From Mycobacterium tuberculosis H37Rv (lineage in GTDB: Bacteria > Actinomycetota > Actinomycetes > Mycobacteriales > Mycobacteriaceae), in NCBI RefSeq assembly GCF_000195955.2, contig NC_000962.3, positions 2,850,001 through 2,882,000 of the forward strand: a stretch of DNA of 32,000 nt. Direction: 5' to 3'. Positions 20,365 through 31,702 of the stretch are shown piece after piece. Below the pieces are notes generated by a model. That model was not told the DNA's origin. It searched no databases and was given only the letters and a program-made list of their open reading frames with translations. Position 1 is the first letter of the stretch; each line of letters opens with the position of its first letter. The translations under genes were made by a program, and so were the position numbers.

Positions 20365-20774
20365 AATGCTGTATACATCGGTAGCCGAGAATCGGATGCT
20401 TGCCGCTGGCTGCCGAGTTTGTTGAACTCGCCGCCGTGGTGACCTGGATGAAGTGTGCCCGCCGAAACTGCCGCCGCCCGACTAGGCGACTGGCCAAAGC
20501 GATGACAGTGCTGACTTCTGTACAGGGGCGAAGCGAGTGTCCGCCCCTTTACGCGCGTCGTAATCAGCCGCTGAGTTCGCCATGGTTCCCATGCAAGATC
20601 GCTCACGTTCGAGCCCGGCGCGCGGTGACCGACATGAAACTCCCGTTACGAGCAAGCATGCGGCAACGCCGCCTCGACGGCGACGGTCCAAGCTGTCCTC
20701 TGAACGAATCAGGTTGCGCTAAGCCAAGATTCGTTGTCAAACGACCTCTGGTCTACACTGATATCGCGCCAATC

Positions 20775-21194
20775 TCAGCCCAGCAGCGCCAACCCCACCG
20801 CCCCCAGGCTGGCCACACACATCGACGGCCCGTGCGGCAGGGTGCGGACACCCCATGGCGTCACCATCACGCCGCACACCGCGGTCAGCAGCGGCGCGGC
20901 CAGCGCCGCCAGAAACCACACCTCGACCCCGAAGCAGCCGGTCAGCCCGCCCAGACCGATCGCCAGCTTGACGTCACCGGCGCCCATCGCGGCGGGCAAA
21001 GCCAGGTGCACCAGCAGGTACACCCCGGCCAAGGCGGCCGCCCCGGCCAGCGCCGGCACACCGCGGCCGGCAAGGCCCGCGAAGAGCAGGATCACCCCCG
21101 CCCCGGGCAGGGTGAGCCAGTTGGGTAGCCGGCGCTGCCGGACGTCGCAAACGCACAACACTCCCATCCAGGCCAACACCGCCGCCGCCAGCAT
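20775..21194 (-). CDS. Short A24-family prepilin peptidase-like membrane protein (Rv2551c-like)
   Basis: MLAAAVLAWMGVLCVCDVRQRRLPNWLTLPGAG...GAGDVKLAIGLG (GxGD motif) ..., 139 aa. Confidence 0.88.
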   Translation of the reverse strand: MLAAAVLAWMGVLCVCDVRQRRLPNWLTLPGAGVILLFAGLAGRGVPALAGAAALAGVYLLVHLALPAAMGAGDVKLAIGLGGLTGCFGVEVWFLAALAAPLLTAVCGVMVTPWGVRTLPHGPSMCVASLGAVGLALLG

Positions 21195-21205
21195 GCTGGG
21201 GCACG

Positions 21206-22015
21206 CTAGTCCAACGCGGCCAGCGCGCAAGTCATCGCTTCGCGGGGGGCGGGTAGCCCGGTGAACTGCTCCACCTGCGCGAACGCCTGATGCAGCAACA
21301 TCTGCAGCCCGCTGATCACCCGCCCGCCCGCCGATCCGACCGCGGCGGCCAGCGGTGTGGGCCACGGATCGTAGATGGCGTCCAACAGCACCGGGATCGC
21401 GGCCAAGGTGCCGGCATACCCCGCGGCCACCTCCGCTGGAATGGTGCTGACCAGCACTTCCGCGGCGGCCACCGCATCGGCCAACCCACCGCTGTCGAAC
21501 GCGCAGAACCGGGTCGCCACGCCGACCCGTGTGCCCAGGTCCACCAGCCGGGCCGCCTTGTCCGAGTTGCGCGCCACCACGGTGATGTCGGTGACCCCGA
21601 GTTCGGCCAGCCCCACCACGGCCGCCGGTGCGGTCCCCCCGGACCCCAGCACCAGCGCGTGTCCAGCAGCCGCCCCCAACGCCCCGGCCACCCCGTCGAT
21701 GTCGGTGTTGTCGGCCCGCCAGCCATGCGGCGTCCGAACCAGGGTGTTGGCCGAACCGACAAGGTCCGCGCGTGCGGTGCGCTCGTCGGCGAACCGCAGG
21801 GCGGCGAACTTGCCCGGCATGGTCACCGAAACACCGACCCACTCCGGTCCGAAACCACCGACCACGACGGGCAACTCGGCCGCACCGCATTCGATGCGCT
21901 CATAGGTCCAGTCGTGCAGCCCCAACGCCCGGTAGGCGGCCAGGTGCAGCTGCGGGGAGCGGGAATGCGCGATCGGCGAACCAAGCACGCCGGCTTTTTT
22001 GGGACCTTCGCTCAT
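21206..22015 (-). CDS. aroE: Shikimate dehydrogenase
   Basis: [33 protein letters not shown]...VSVTMPGK...NTDIDGV...; 269 aa. Confidence 0.96.
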   Translation of the reverse strand: MSEGPKKAGVLGSPIAHSRSPQLHLAAYRALGLHDWTYERIECGAAELPVVVGGFGPEWVGVSVTMPGKFAALRFADERTARADLVGSANTLVRTPHGWRADNTDIDGVAGALGAAAGHALVLGSGGTAPAAVVGLAELGVTDITVVARNSDKAARLVDLGTRVGVATRFCAFDSGGLADAVAAAEVLVSTIPAEVAAGYAGTLAAIPVLLDAIYDPWPTPLAAAVGSAGGRVISGLQMLLHQAFAQVEQFTGLPAPREAMTCALAALD

Positions 22016-23265
22016 CGCGCGCTGTCGAGGACACCGTTGTGTTTGGCCAGCTCGATGTTCGCCAGATGCTGCTGATAGTCCCTGGTGAACAGCGTCGTGC
22101 CCTGGGAATCGATGGTGACGAAGTACAGCCAGTCGCCAGGTACTGGATGCTCGGCGGCGCGCAGCGCGTCGACGCCGGGCGAACAGATCGCGGTGGCCGG
22201 CAGCCCCTGGGCCATGTAGGTGTTCCACGGTGTGCGCTGGGCACGGTCGGTGTCGCTGGTGGCCACCTCACGGCGATCCAGCGGATAGTTCACGGTCGAG
22301 TCGAACTCCAACGTGCGGTGTTCGTGCAGCCGGTTGTAGATGACCCGGGCCACCTTCGGGAAATCCTGGGTGTTGGCTTCCTGCTGCACCAGCGAGGCCA
22401 CCACGAGAATGTCATAGGGCGACAGGCCCAGCGACTTTGCGGTGTCTACCAACCCGGATTTCATGTACTCCACGGCGCCGGCGCTGATCAAGGTCGCCAA
22501 GATGGTTTCAGCCGATGCCGACGGGTCGATGTTGAAGGTCCCCGGTGCGATCAGCCCCTCGATCCGGCGATGGTCAGTGCCCAGCTCCATCACCGGCCCA
22601 ACCGCCCAGCGCGGCACTGACAGCATCGTCGGCGTGCTCCTGCTCGCCGCCGCGCGGAGGTCGGCCACCGAGACGCAGCGTTGGGTACCGTCGAGATCCA
22701 CACAGGTGGCACGGGAGATCAGCGCGAATATGCCAGGATTCACCACGTTGGTCTTCATGTCGGTGGTGTCGTCGAGCTGACGCCCTTCCGGTATGACCAA
22801 CTTCCCCACCCGGTTGTGCGGATCGGTAAGCCGCGCGACAGCGGAAGCCGCCGAAATCTCGGTTCGCATCCGATAGAACCCGGGTTGGATCGAGGAAATC
22901 GCGGTGTTGCCGTGCGCGGCATCGACGAATGCTCGGACGGTGGCCACTACACCGTGTTTGAGCAGCGTCTCCCCGACCGCCGTGGTCGAGTCACCGGCCC
23001 TGATCTGAATCACGATGTCTCGCTTGCCGGGACCGGTGTAGTCGTTACCGAAGCCCAACATGGTCTGCCACAACTTGGCGCCGACGACGACGGCCACCAC
23101 CACCACCACGACGAGCAGGCTCAGGGCAAATCCGCCGGCGACGCGCCGTCGCCGGCGGATTTGTTGGGCGTGTCGGCGCTGAGCGCGGCTGACTCGGGTC
23201 CTGCGGTGCCGGTTCGGTCTTACCGACACCGGCTGGGCGCGGTGGCGGTGGCCACCGTCAGGCAT
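22012..23265 (-). CDS. mltG: Endolytic transglycosylase MltG (YceG-like); ORF can extend to 23307
   Basis: Single TM segment ([17 protein letters not shown]), ...[26 protein letters not shown]...STVNYPL...[24 protein letters not shown].... Confidence 0.95.
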   Translation of the reverse strand: MPDGGHRHRAQPVSVRPNRHRRTRVSRAQRRHAQQIRRRRRVAGGFALSLLVVVVVVAVVVGAKLWQTMLGFGNDYTGPGKRDIVIQIRAGDSTTAVGETLLKHGVVATVRAFVDAAHGNTAISSIQPGFYRMRTEISAASAVARLTDPHNRVGKLVIPEGRQLDDTTDMKTNVVNPGIFALISRATCVDLDGTQRCVSVADLRAAASRSTPTMLSVPRWAVGPVMELGTDHRRIEGLIAPGTFNIDPSASAETILATLISAGAVEYMKSGLVDTAKSLGLSPYDILVVASLVQQEANTQDFPKVARVIYNRLHEHRTLEFDSTVNYPLDRREVATSDTDRAQRTPWNTYMAQGLPATAICSPGVDALRAAEHPVPGDWLYFVTIDSQGTTLFTRDYQQHLANIELAKHNGVLDSAR

Positions 23266-23770
23266 CGGAGCCTTCTTGAGTCCCGGCCATCGCCGCGAGA
23301 CGTTCATCCAGCCAGCTCTGCAGTATTGCCACTGCGGCCGCTTGGTCGATCACCGCACGCTGCTCGGAGGCCCGCACCCCCGCCTGCCGCAAAGATCGTT
23401 GAGCACTGACCGTGGTGAGCCGCTCGTCGGCCAGCCGCACCGGCGTAGGAGAAACACGGCGTGCCAGCGCCTCGGCCAGTTCGATTGCGTCTTGGGCCGA
23501 GCGGCCGATGCGGTCGGCCAGCGTGCGCGGGAGCCCGACGATCACCTCGACCGCCTCCAACTCGGCGGCCAGCGCAGCCAGCCTGCGCAGGTGCTTGCCG
23601 GAACGATCGCGGCGCACCGTTTCCACCGGGGTGGCCAAGATCGCGTCCGGGTCGCTGCAAGCCACGCCGATACGCGCGGCGCCCACGTCGATACCGAGGC
23701 GTCGTCCCCGTCCAGGGTCGTGCGCTGGATCGCCGGGCCGGTCGGGCGGGCGGTGCTGTGCTGGGACCAC
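23258..23770 (-). CDS. ruvX: RuvX/YqgF Holliday junction resolvase-like protein
   Basis: ...[30 protein letters not shown]...[14 protein letters not shown]...[17 protein letters not shown].... Confidence 0.95.
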   Translation of the reverse strand: MVPAQHRPPDRPGDPAHDPGRGRRLGIDVGAARIGVACSDPDAILATPVETVRRDRSGKHLRRLAALAAELEAVEVIVGLPRTLADRIGRSAQDAIELAEALARRVSPTPVRLADERLTTVSAQRSLRQAGVRASEQRAVIDQAAAVAILQSWLDERLAAMAGTQEGSDA

Positions 23771-26485
23771 TCAACCGACCCGCGCTATCACGGCGATCTC
23801 GGAGCGGACCGCGTCGAGCGCGGCGTCGATACCGGTCGGATTCTTTCCCGAGCCCTGCGCCAGGTCCGCCTTACCGCCACCGCGGCCTTCGACCGCCACC
23901 GCAAGTTGTTTGACCAGGTCGTTGGCACGGATTCCGAGGTCCTGGGCAGCGGGATTGGCCGCGACCGCATACGGCACAGTTTGGCTTTCGCCCTCGGCAA
24001 TCAGCGCCACCACCGCCGGCTCGCTACCCAGCTTGCCGCGGATGTCGCCGATCAACGACCGCAGGTCTGCCGCGGTCATCCCGCCGGACATTCGCTGCGC
24101 CACCAAACGGACGTTACCGATCCGCTGAGCCCCGGCGGCGGCATTGGTGGCGGCTGCCCGGGCGCTGGCCATCCGGACACGTTCGAGTTCCTTCTCGGCG
24201 GCCCGCAGGCGCTCCACTAGATTGGCCACCCGGGCCGGTACCTCTTCGGACGGCACCTTCAGTGACGAGGCCAACCCGGCCATCAACGCACGCTCCTTGG
24301 CCAGGTGACGAAACGAATCCAACCCCACGTAGGCCTCCACCCGGCGCACCCCGGAGCCGATCGACGACTCGCCCAGGATCGTCACGGGACCGATCTGCGC
24401 CGTGTTGCTCACATGGGTGCCGCCACATAGCTCCAGCGAGAACGGTCCACCCATCTCCACCACCCGCACTTCGTCGGGGTAGCTCTCGCCGAACAGCGCG
24501 ATGGCACCCATCGCCTTGGCCTTGTCGAGCTGTTCGGTGAACGTGCGCACCTCGAAGTCCGCTTGCACGGCCTCGTTGGTGACCTCTTCGACCTGGGTGC
24601 GCTGGTCGTCGGTCAACGGACCCTGCCAGTTAAAGTCGAAGCGCAAATATCCCGGCCGGTTCAGCGATCCCGCCTGAACCGCGTTGGGCCCCAGCACTTG
24701 TCGCAGCGCGGCATGCACCATGTGGGTGCCCGAGTGGCCCTGCGTGGCACCCCGGCGCCACCCGGGATCCACCGCCGCGATTACGGTGTCACCCTCGACG
24801 AATTCCCCGGATTCCACGTTGACTCGGTGCACCCAAAGCGTTTTGGCGATCTTCTGCACGTCGGTAACCGCGGCCCGGGCAGCTTCGCTGGAACCGGTTC
24901 CGCTGATGGTGCCCTCATCGGCGATCTGCCCACCCGATTCGGCGTAGAGCGGGGTGCGATCTAAGACAAGTTCGACACGCTGCCCTTCCCCGGCTCCGCC
25001 GGCTACACCGTGCGCCACCACCGGAACCCGCTTACCGTCGACGAAGATGCCCAGAATCCGCGCCTGGGAACGCAACTCGTCGAATCCGGTGAACTCGGTG
25101 GCGCCGGCGTCAACCAGCTCGCGGTAGGCGCTCAGGTCAGCATGCGCGTGTTTGCGCGCGGCGGCGTCGGCCTTGGCACGGCGGCGCTGCTCGGCCATCA
25201 GCTCACGGAACCCGATTTCGTCTACCTGCAGACCGGTTTCGGCCGCCATCTCCAGCGTGAGCTCGATCGGGAACCCGTAGGTGTCATGCAACGTGAAAGC
25301 GTCCGATCCGGACAGCACGGTGGCTCCGGATTTCTTGGTGGAGCTAGCCACCTCCTCGAACAGCCTGGAACCCGACGCCAGCGTGCGGTTGAACGCCGTC
25401 TCCTCGGCGACCGCGATCCGGCTGATCCGCTCGAAGTCGGCGACGAGTTCGGGATATGACGGGCCCATCGCGTTGCGCACCGTGGCCATCAGGTCGCCAA
25501 CGATCGCAGCGTCGATGCCCAGCAGCTTGGCGGAGCGGATCACCCGACGCAGCAGCCGGCGCAGCACATAACCGCGACCGTCGTTGCCGGGGCTGACGCC
25601 GTCACCGATCAGGATCGCGGCGGTGCGGCTGTGGTCTGCGATGATGCGGTACCGCACGTCGTCTTCGTGGTTGCCGACGTCGTAGGCACGCGCGGCGACC
25701 CTGGCCACGGTATCGATGACCGGCCTGAGCAGGTCGGTCTCGTAGACGTTGTGCACGTCTTGCAGCACCAGCGCGATCCGCTCGACGCCCATGCCGGTGT
25801 CGATGTTCTTGCGGGGCAGCGGCCCGAGGATCTGGTAGTCCTCCTTGGTGGTTCCCTCTCCGCGCTCGTTCTGCATGAACACCAGGTTCCAGACCTCGAG
25901 GTAGCGGTCTTCGCTGACGATGGGACCGCCTGCGGGACCGAATTCGGGTCCGCGGTCGTAATAGATCTCCGATGACGGCCCGCACGGTCCGGGAATGCCC
26001 ATCGACCAGTAGTTGTCGGCCATGCCGCGGCGCTGGATTCGCTCCGCCGGCAGCCCGGCAACCTCCTGCCATAGCCGGACAGCTTCGTCGTCGTCGAAAT
26101 AGACTGTCGTCCAGATTCTTTCCGGGTCCAGGCCGTAGCCGCCGGCGGCGAGGCTGTTGGTCAGCAGTGCCCAGGCCAGTTCAATGGCCCCGCGTTTGAA
26201 ATAGTCGCCGAAGCTGAAATTGCCGGCCATCTGAAAAAACGTGTTGTGCCGGGTGGTTATGCCCACCTCGTCGATATCGGGGGTACGGATGCACTTCTGG
26301 ATGCTGGTGGCCGTCGGGTACGGCGGCGTGCGCTGTCCCAAGAAGAAAGGCACGAACTGGACCATCCCGGCGTTGACGAACAACAGGTTGGGGTCGTCGA
26401 GGATCACCGAGGCGCTGGGCACCTCGGTGTGGCCCGCCTTCACGAAATGATCGAGGAACCGCTTCCTGATCTCGTGTGTCTGCAC
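23771..26485 (-). CDS. alaS: Alanyl-tRNA synthetase
   Basis: [44 protein letters not shown]...; 904 aa with [14 protein letters not shown] and CGGTHV motifs. Confidence 0.99.
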
Positions 26486-26575
26486 TCTACGTTCTTCCTT
26501 GATCCGTGGTTAAGTCCATTACCAGCCTATTCGCCGGATTATGAGAAGGCTGTCCGACGGCCCAATTCGGCCCGC

Positions 26576-26965
26576 TCAGCCTTCCACAAAGCTCAATCGC
26601 ACCGACCGCCGCGGATTGTCCTGGTTGAGGTCGACCAGAACGATGCTTTGCCAGGTGCCCAGCAGGGGCTGGCCCCCCGAGACCGGCACCGTCACCGACG
26701 GCGCAACAAAAGCCGGTAACAAGTGGTCGGCGCCGTGACCGTAGGACCCGTGCGCGTGCCGGTAGCGGTCGTCGCGCGGCAACAACCGCACCAGCGTGTC
26801 CACCAGATCCTCGTCGGAACCGGCGCCGGTCTCGATAATCGCAACGCCGGCCGTAGCGTGCGGGACGAACACGTTGCACAGGCCATCATCATGGGCGGTG
26901 CAGAAGGCGCGCACGGCGTCGGTGAGATCGACAATGCGGCGACGCGCGGTGTCCACATCCAGCAC
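26576..26965 (-). CDS. YjbQ/UPF0047 family protein (Rv2556c-like)
   Basis: GTG start; MLDVDTARRRIVDLTDAVRAFC...DGLCNVFVPHATAGVAIIETG...GADHLLPAFVAPSVTVPV...LGTWQSIVLVDLN. Confidence 0.93.
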   Translation of the reverse strand: MLDVDTARRRIVDLTDAVRAFCTAHDDGLCNVFVPHATAGVAIIETGAGSDEDLVDTLVRLLPRDDRYRHAHGSYGHGADHLLPAFVAPSVTVPVSGGQPLLGTWQSIVLVDLNQDNPRRSVRLSFVEG

Positions 26966-27071
26966 ATCGGTATCCACCCGTCCCAGCCTACGGTGGGGGC
27001 GCGCCAACCTGCCAATCCATTGACGTCGGATTGCCCATTGCCCCGGCCGGCCCGTCGGAGGAAGGTAATGA

Positions 27072-27746
27072 TTGACCGGTGGCGCCACCGGGGCGCTGCC
27101 CCGAACAATGAAAGAGGGGTGGATCGTGTACGCGCGCTCTACCACTATTCAGGCGCAATCCGAGTGCATCGACACCGGAATTGCGCACGTTCGCGATGTG
27201 GTTATGCCCGCACTGCAGGGGATGGATGGGTGCATCGGCGTATCCCTTTTGGTCGACCGGCAATCCGGCAGGTGCATCGCCACCAGTGCCTGGGAGACCG
27301 CGGAAGCCATGCATGCAAGCCGGGAACAGGTAACGCCGATCCGCGATCGGTGCGCGGAGATGTTCGGCGGCACGCCGGCCGTCGAGGAGTGGGAGATCGC
27401 GGCGATGCATCGCGACCACCGCTCGGCCGAGGGGGCGTGTGTGCGGGCGACCTGGGTCAAGGTGCCGGCGGACCAAGTAGATCAAGGCATCGAGTACTAC
27501 AAGTCGTCCGTCCTGCCCCAAATCGAAGGCCTCGACGGATTCTGCAGCGCCAGCCTGTTGGTCGACCGCACCTCCGGGCGCGCGGTGTCTTCCGCGACCT
27601 TCGACAGCTTTGACGCCATGGAGCGCAACCGGGACCAGTCGAATGCGCTCAAGGCCACATCGCTGCGTGAGGCGGGCGGCGAGGAACTCGATGAATGCGA
27701 GTTCGAGCTGGCGCTAGCGCACCTACGGGTACCCGAGCTGGTCTGA
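27072..27746 (+). CDS. Conserved hypothetical (Rv2557-like), two antibiotic-biosynthesis-monooxygenase-like halves; alternative start GTG 27126
   Basis: 224 aa; two similar halves ([28 protein letters not shown] / [28 protein letters not shown]); paralog of next gene. Confidence 0.88.
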
Positions 27747-27830
27747 TCAACCCGCCGGCGGCAGTACCGGCCCGAGCCCGACGCTGGGCCGGCACTGCTG
27801 TCGTGCGTCGAGCGGCGCTCGCGGTAGGCA

Positions 27831-28541
27831 TTGCCAGGCTCAGCCGGTTGGAGGAAGGTATTTGGTGGGACCGGTGGCGCCACCGGGGCGCTGCCCCGAC
27901 ACGGGAGGGGGTCGATCGTGTACGCACGCTCAACCACCATTGAGGCGCAACCTCTGTCGGTCGACATTGGAATCGCGCATGTTCGTGACGTCGTCATGCC
28001 CGCTTTGCAGGAGATCGACGGGTGTGTCGGGGTGTCGCTGTTGGTCGACCGGCAATCCGGCCGGTGCATCGCCACCAGCGCCTGGGAGACCTTGGAGGCG
28101 ATGCGCGCCAGCGTCGAGCGGGTGGCACCCATCCGCGACCGCGCCGCGCTGATGTTCGCCGGTAGTGCCCGGGTCGAGGAATGGGACATCGCCCTGTTGC
28201 ACCGCGACCACCCGTCGCATGAGGGGGCATGCGTGCGCGCCACCTGGCTCAAAGTGGTGCCAGACCAGCTCGGTCGGTCCCTGGAGTTCTACCGCACGTC
28301 CGTACTTCCCGAGCTGGAGAGTCTGGACGGGTTCTGCAGCGCCAGCCTGATGGTCGACCACCCCGCTTGCCGGCGTGCGGTGTCGTGCTCGACGTTCGAC
28401 AGCATGGACGCGATGGCCCGCAACCGCGACCGGGCGAGCGAGCTGCGCAGCAGGCGCGTCCGGGAATTGGGAGCCGAGGTCCTCGACGTCGCCGAATTCG
28501 AACTGGCGATCGCACATCTACGGGTACCCGAGCTGGTCTGA
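27831..28541 (+). CDS. Conserved hypothetical (Rv2558-like), paralog of Rv2557; alternative start GTG 27918
   Basis: 236 aa; [42 protein letters not shown]...; high identity to the previous ORF. Confidence 0.88.
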
Positions 28542-28570
28542 GCGGACCTGCTTCCCGCAGAGCGCAGCGG

Positions 28571-29929
28571 TCACCCCCGTTTCTTGCGGATGATTGCCCG
28601 CAGGCGGTCCAGGCGGCCGGCGATCTCGCGTTCGCCGCCGCGACCAGTGGGCCGGTAGTAGTCCACGTCCACCAACTCGTCGGGCGGGTATTGCTGGGCC
28701 ACAACGCCATCCGGGTCGTCATGGGAATATTTGTAGCCCTGTGCATTGCCCAGCGCCGCCGCCCCGGAGTAATGCCCGTCACGCAGATGAGCCGGCACCA
28801 GACCGGCCTTGCCGGCCTTGATGTCGTTCATCGCCGCGGCCAACGCCGTGGTGACGGCGTTTGACTTCGGTGCGGTGGCCAGGTGGATGGTGGCGTGCGC
28901 CAGCGTCAGCTGGGCTTCGGGCATGCCGATCAGCGCCACCGTCTGTGCGGCGGCGACCGCCACCTGCAGCGCGCTCGGGCCGGCCATGCCGATGTCCTCG
29001 CTGGCCAGAATCATCAGCCGGCGGGCGATGAACCGCGGGTCCTCCCCGGCGACCAGCATGCGGGCCAAATAGTGCAGCGCGGCATCGACGTCGGAACCGC
29101 GCACCGATTTGATGAAGGCGCTGACGACGTCGTAGTGCTGGTCGCCGTCACGGTCGTAGCGCACCGCGGCTTTGTCCACCGACCGCTCGATGGTTTGCAC
29201 GCTGACCAGCTCGCCGGCCGCCTGGGCTGCCTCGGCCGCTACTTCCAGCGCGGTCAGGGCGCGCCGGGCGTCGCCGGCCGCGAGTTGCACCAGCAGGTCG
29301 ACGGCCTCAGGCGCTACCGCGACTGCCCTGCCCAGGCCGCGGGGGTCATCGATCGCGCGTTGTACTACCGCGCGGGTGTCCTCGGCCGTCAGCGGCCGCA
29401 GCTGCAGGATCAGCGACCGCGACAGCAGCGGTGCCACCACCGAAAACGACGGGTTCTCGGTGGTCGCCGCCACCAACAGCACCACCCGGTGTTCCACCGC
29501 CGACAGCAGGGCGTCTTGTTGGGTCTTGGAAAATCGGTGCACCTCGTCGATGAACAGCACGGTCTGCTCGCCGTGAAGCAGCGCTTTTCGCGAATTCTCG
29601 ATGACCGCCCGCACTTCCTTGACGCCGGCCGACAATGCCGACAGGGCCTCGAACCGGCGGCCGGTGGCCTGCGAGATCAACGCCGCCAGCGTTGTCTTGC
29701 CGCTGCCCGGGGGACCGTAGAGGATCACCGACGCCACCCCCGAGCCCTCGACCAGCCGGCGCAACGGCGAACCGGGCGCCAGCAAGTGGTCCTGGCCGAC
29801 CACTTCGTCCAGCGACGCCGGACGCATCCGCACCGCCAGCGGTGCCCCGGCCGAAGCGCCCAGGTCATGGCCGGACGTCATCGGTACGCCGGGCACGTCA
29901 AACAGACCGTCGGACACGGCTTCAGGCAT
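28571..29929 (-). CDS. rarA: AAA+ ATPase RarA/MgsA-like recombination factor
   Basis: [11 protein letters not shown]...[27 protein letters not shown]...[18 protein letters not shown]...[19 protein letters not shown]... Confidence 0.95.
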
Positions 29930-29948
29930 ACCACGCCCACCTGACGAC

Positions 29949-30026
29949 GCGAACGTTCGCCGAAGACGCCACACGAATAATCCGCGCGCCTTCGGCAAAT
30001 ATTTGCTAAGTTCCGGTTTGCTTAGC
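29949..30026. promoter_or_regulatory. Divergent rarA/Rv2560 promoter region with three dyads
   Basis: GCGAACGTTCGC (29949-29960), GCAAATATTTGC (29995-30006), GCTAAG-N10-CTTAGC (30005-30026). Confidence 0.45.
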
Positions 30027-30074
30027 GTCGCGCGGGTACCGATAAAAGCGAACTACGAAGCGATTGGGACAGCG

Positions 30075-31052
30075 ATGAGCCAGCCGCCAGAACATCCAGG
30101 CAATCCGGCCGACCCCCAGGGCGGCAATCAGGGCGCTGGAAGCTACCCGCCGCCCGGCTACGGAGCGCCTCCCCCGCCACCAGGCTACGGCCCACCCCCG
30201 GGGACCTACCTGCCTCCCGGCTACAACGCACCCCCGCCGCCCCCCGGCTATGGCCCACCGCCGGGCCCGCCGCCTCCCGGTTACCCGACGCATCTGCAAT
30301 CGTCGGGTTTTAGCGTGGGCGACGCGATCAGTTGGTCATGGAATAGGTTCACGCAGAACGCCGTAACGCTCGTCGTCCCGGTGCTCGCCTACGCTGTGGC
30401 GTTGGCCGCGGTCATCGGCGCGACGGCCGGGCTCGTTGTCGCCCTATCGGACCGTGCTACTACCGCATACACCAACACCTCCGGCGTCTCTAGCGAATCC
30501 GTGGACATCACGATGACCCCGGCCGCGGGCATAGTCATGTTCCTCGGCTACATCGCTCTATTCGCCCTGGTGCTCTACATGCACGCCGGAATTCTGACCG
30601 GCTGCCTTGACATTGCCGACGGAAAGCCGGTGACCATCGCGACGTTCTTTAGGCCGCGCAATCTGGGCCTGGTGCTGGTCACCGGACTGCTGATCGTCGC
30701 CGTCACCTTCATTGGTGGCCTGCTCTGTGTCATTCCCGGCCTGATCTTTGGCTTCGTCGCCCAGTTCGCCGTCGCTTTTGCCGTCGACCGTTCCACTTCG
30801 CCGATCGACTCGGTAAAGGCCAGCATCGAGACGGTCGGGTCCAACATCGGTGGCAGTGTGCTGTCGTGGCTCGCTCAGCTCACGGCGGTGCTCGTCGGCG
30901 AACTGCTGTGCTTTGTCGGCATGCTGATCGGCATTCCGGTCGCCGCGCTCATCCACGTCTACACCTACCGGAAGCTGTCGGGTGGCCAAGTCGTTGAGGC
31001 AGTCCGGCCAGCGCCCCCGGTCGGCTGGCCGCCCGGCCCCCAGCTCGCATAG
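30075..31052 (+). CDS. Pro/Gly-rich N-terminus membrane protein (Rv2560-like)
   Basis: MSQPPEHPGNPADPQGGNQGAGSYPPPGYGAPPPPPGYGPPPG... followed by several hydrophobic segments; 325 aa. Confidence 0.9.
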   Translation: MSQPPEHPGNPADPQGGNQGAGSYPPPGYGAPPPPPGYGPPPGTYLPPGYNAPPPPPGYGPPPGPPPPGYPTHLQSSGFSVGDAISWSWNRFTQNAVTLVVPVLAYAVALAAVIGATAGLVVALSDRATTAYTNTSGVSSESVDITMTPAAGIVMFLGYIALFALVLYMHAGILTGCLDIADGKPVTIATFFRPRNLGLVLVTGLLIVAVTFIGGLLCVIPGLIFGFVAQFAVAFAVDRSTSPIDSVKASIETVGSNIGGSVLSWLAQLTAVLVGELLCFVGMLIGIPVAALIHVYTYRKLSGGQVVEAVRPAPPVGWPPGPQLA

Positions 31053-31408
31053 TCGGCACCCGCCGACGCCGGCTGGCCGTCTTGGCCCGCTGGATTTGTC
31101 ACGCGCTCACCCGAATTGGCATCCGGGGCCTGGAACGCGTTAGGGCAGTGGCTTTCCCACAGGTTGACGTAAATGACCTCCAAGATAGGTATCGAACCAA
31201 GGTTGCGGCCGATGTGTACGTAGTTCGAGAGTTCGCTGATCTGATCACTCGCGTGGTCGATGCAGTCGACGGAACCGGCAGCCGCCACCCAAGGGTGCGC
31301 AGGTGGTTAGCAAATCGCCGACGAACACGACGCCACCGCGTCATGCGCCATCGCCGACCCCGCCTTGGTGGCTGAGAGCCGCTCGCCGGCGTTAAGCTGC
31401 CCAACATC

Positions 31409-31702
31409 ATGGGCATTCAACGCGCCGTTCTCCTCATTGCCGACATCGGCGGATACACAAATTACATGCACTGGAACCGCAAGCACCTGGCCCACGCGCA
31501 GTGGACGGTGGCACAGTTGCTGGAGTCCGTCATCGACGCTGCCAAGGGCATGAAGTTGGCGAAGCTGGAGGGCGACGCCGCGTTTTTTTGGGCACCAGGG
31601 GGGCAACACCAGTGTCCTGGTATGCGACCGGCCCCCGCAGATGCGCCAGAGGTTCCGCACGCGGCGCGAGCAGATCAAAAAAGACCATCCCTGCGACTGT
31701 AA
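31409..31702 (+). CDS. N-terminal fragment (Rv2561-like) of a DUF2652-type cyclase-like protein; last ~30 aa likely out-of-frame
   Basis: [65 protein letters not shown].... Confidence 0.75.
   Translation: MGIQRAVLLIADIGGYTNYMHWNRKHLAHAQWTVAQLLESVIDAAKGMKLAKLEGDAAFFWAPGGQHQCPGMRPAPADAPEVPHAARADQKRPSLRL

Noticed and set aside
20703-20735. AACGAATC/GATTCGTT hairpin after the prepilin peptidase gene
   Set aside because: 8-bp stem with 17-nt loop and no U-tract; too weak to call a terminator.
20400-21128. Plus 242-aa ORF between vapB20 and aroE
   Set aside because: Largely antisense to the prepilin peptidase gene, with compositional bias only.
20775-21890. Minus 371-aa ORF including the prepilin peptidase
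   Set aside because: Upstream 230 residues are an out-of-frame reading of aroE; the real gene starts at 21194.
29949-29960. GCGAACGTTCGC as an SOS/LexA box
   Set aside because: The mycobacterial LexA site needs about 4 nt between half-sites (GAAC-N4-GTTC); here there is none.
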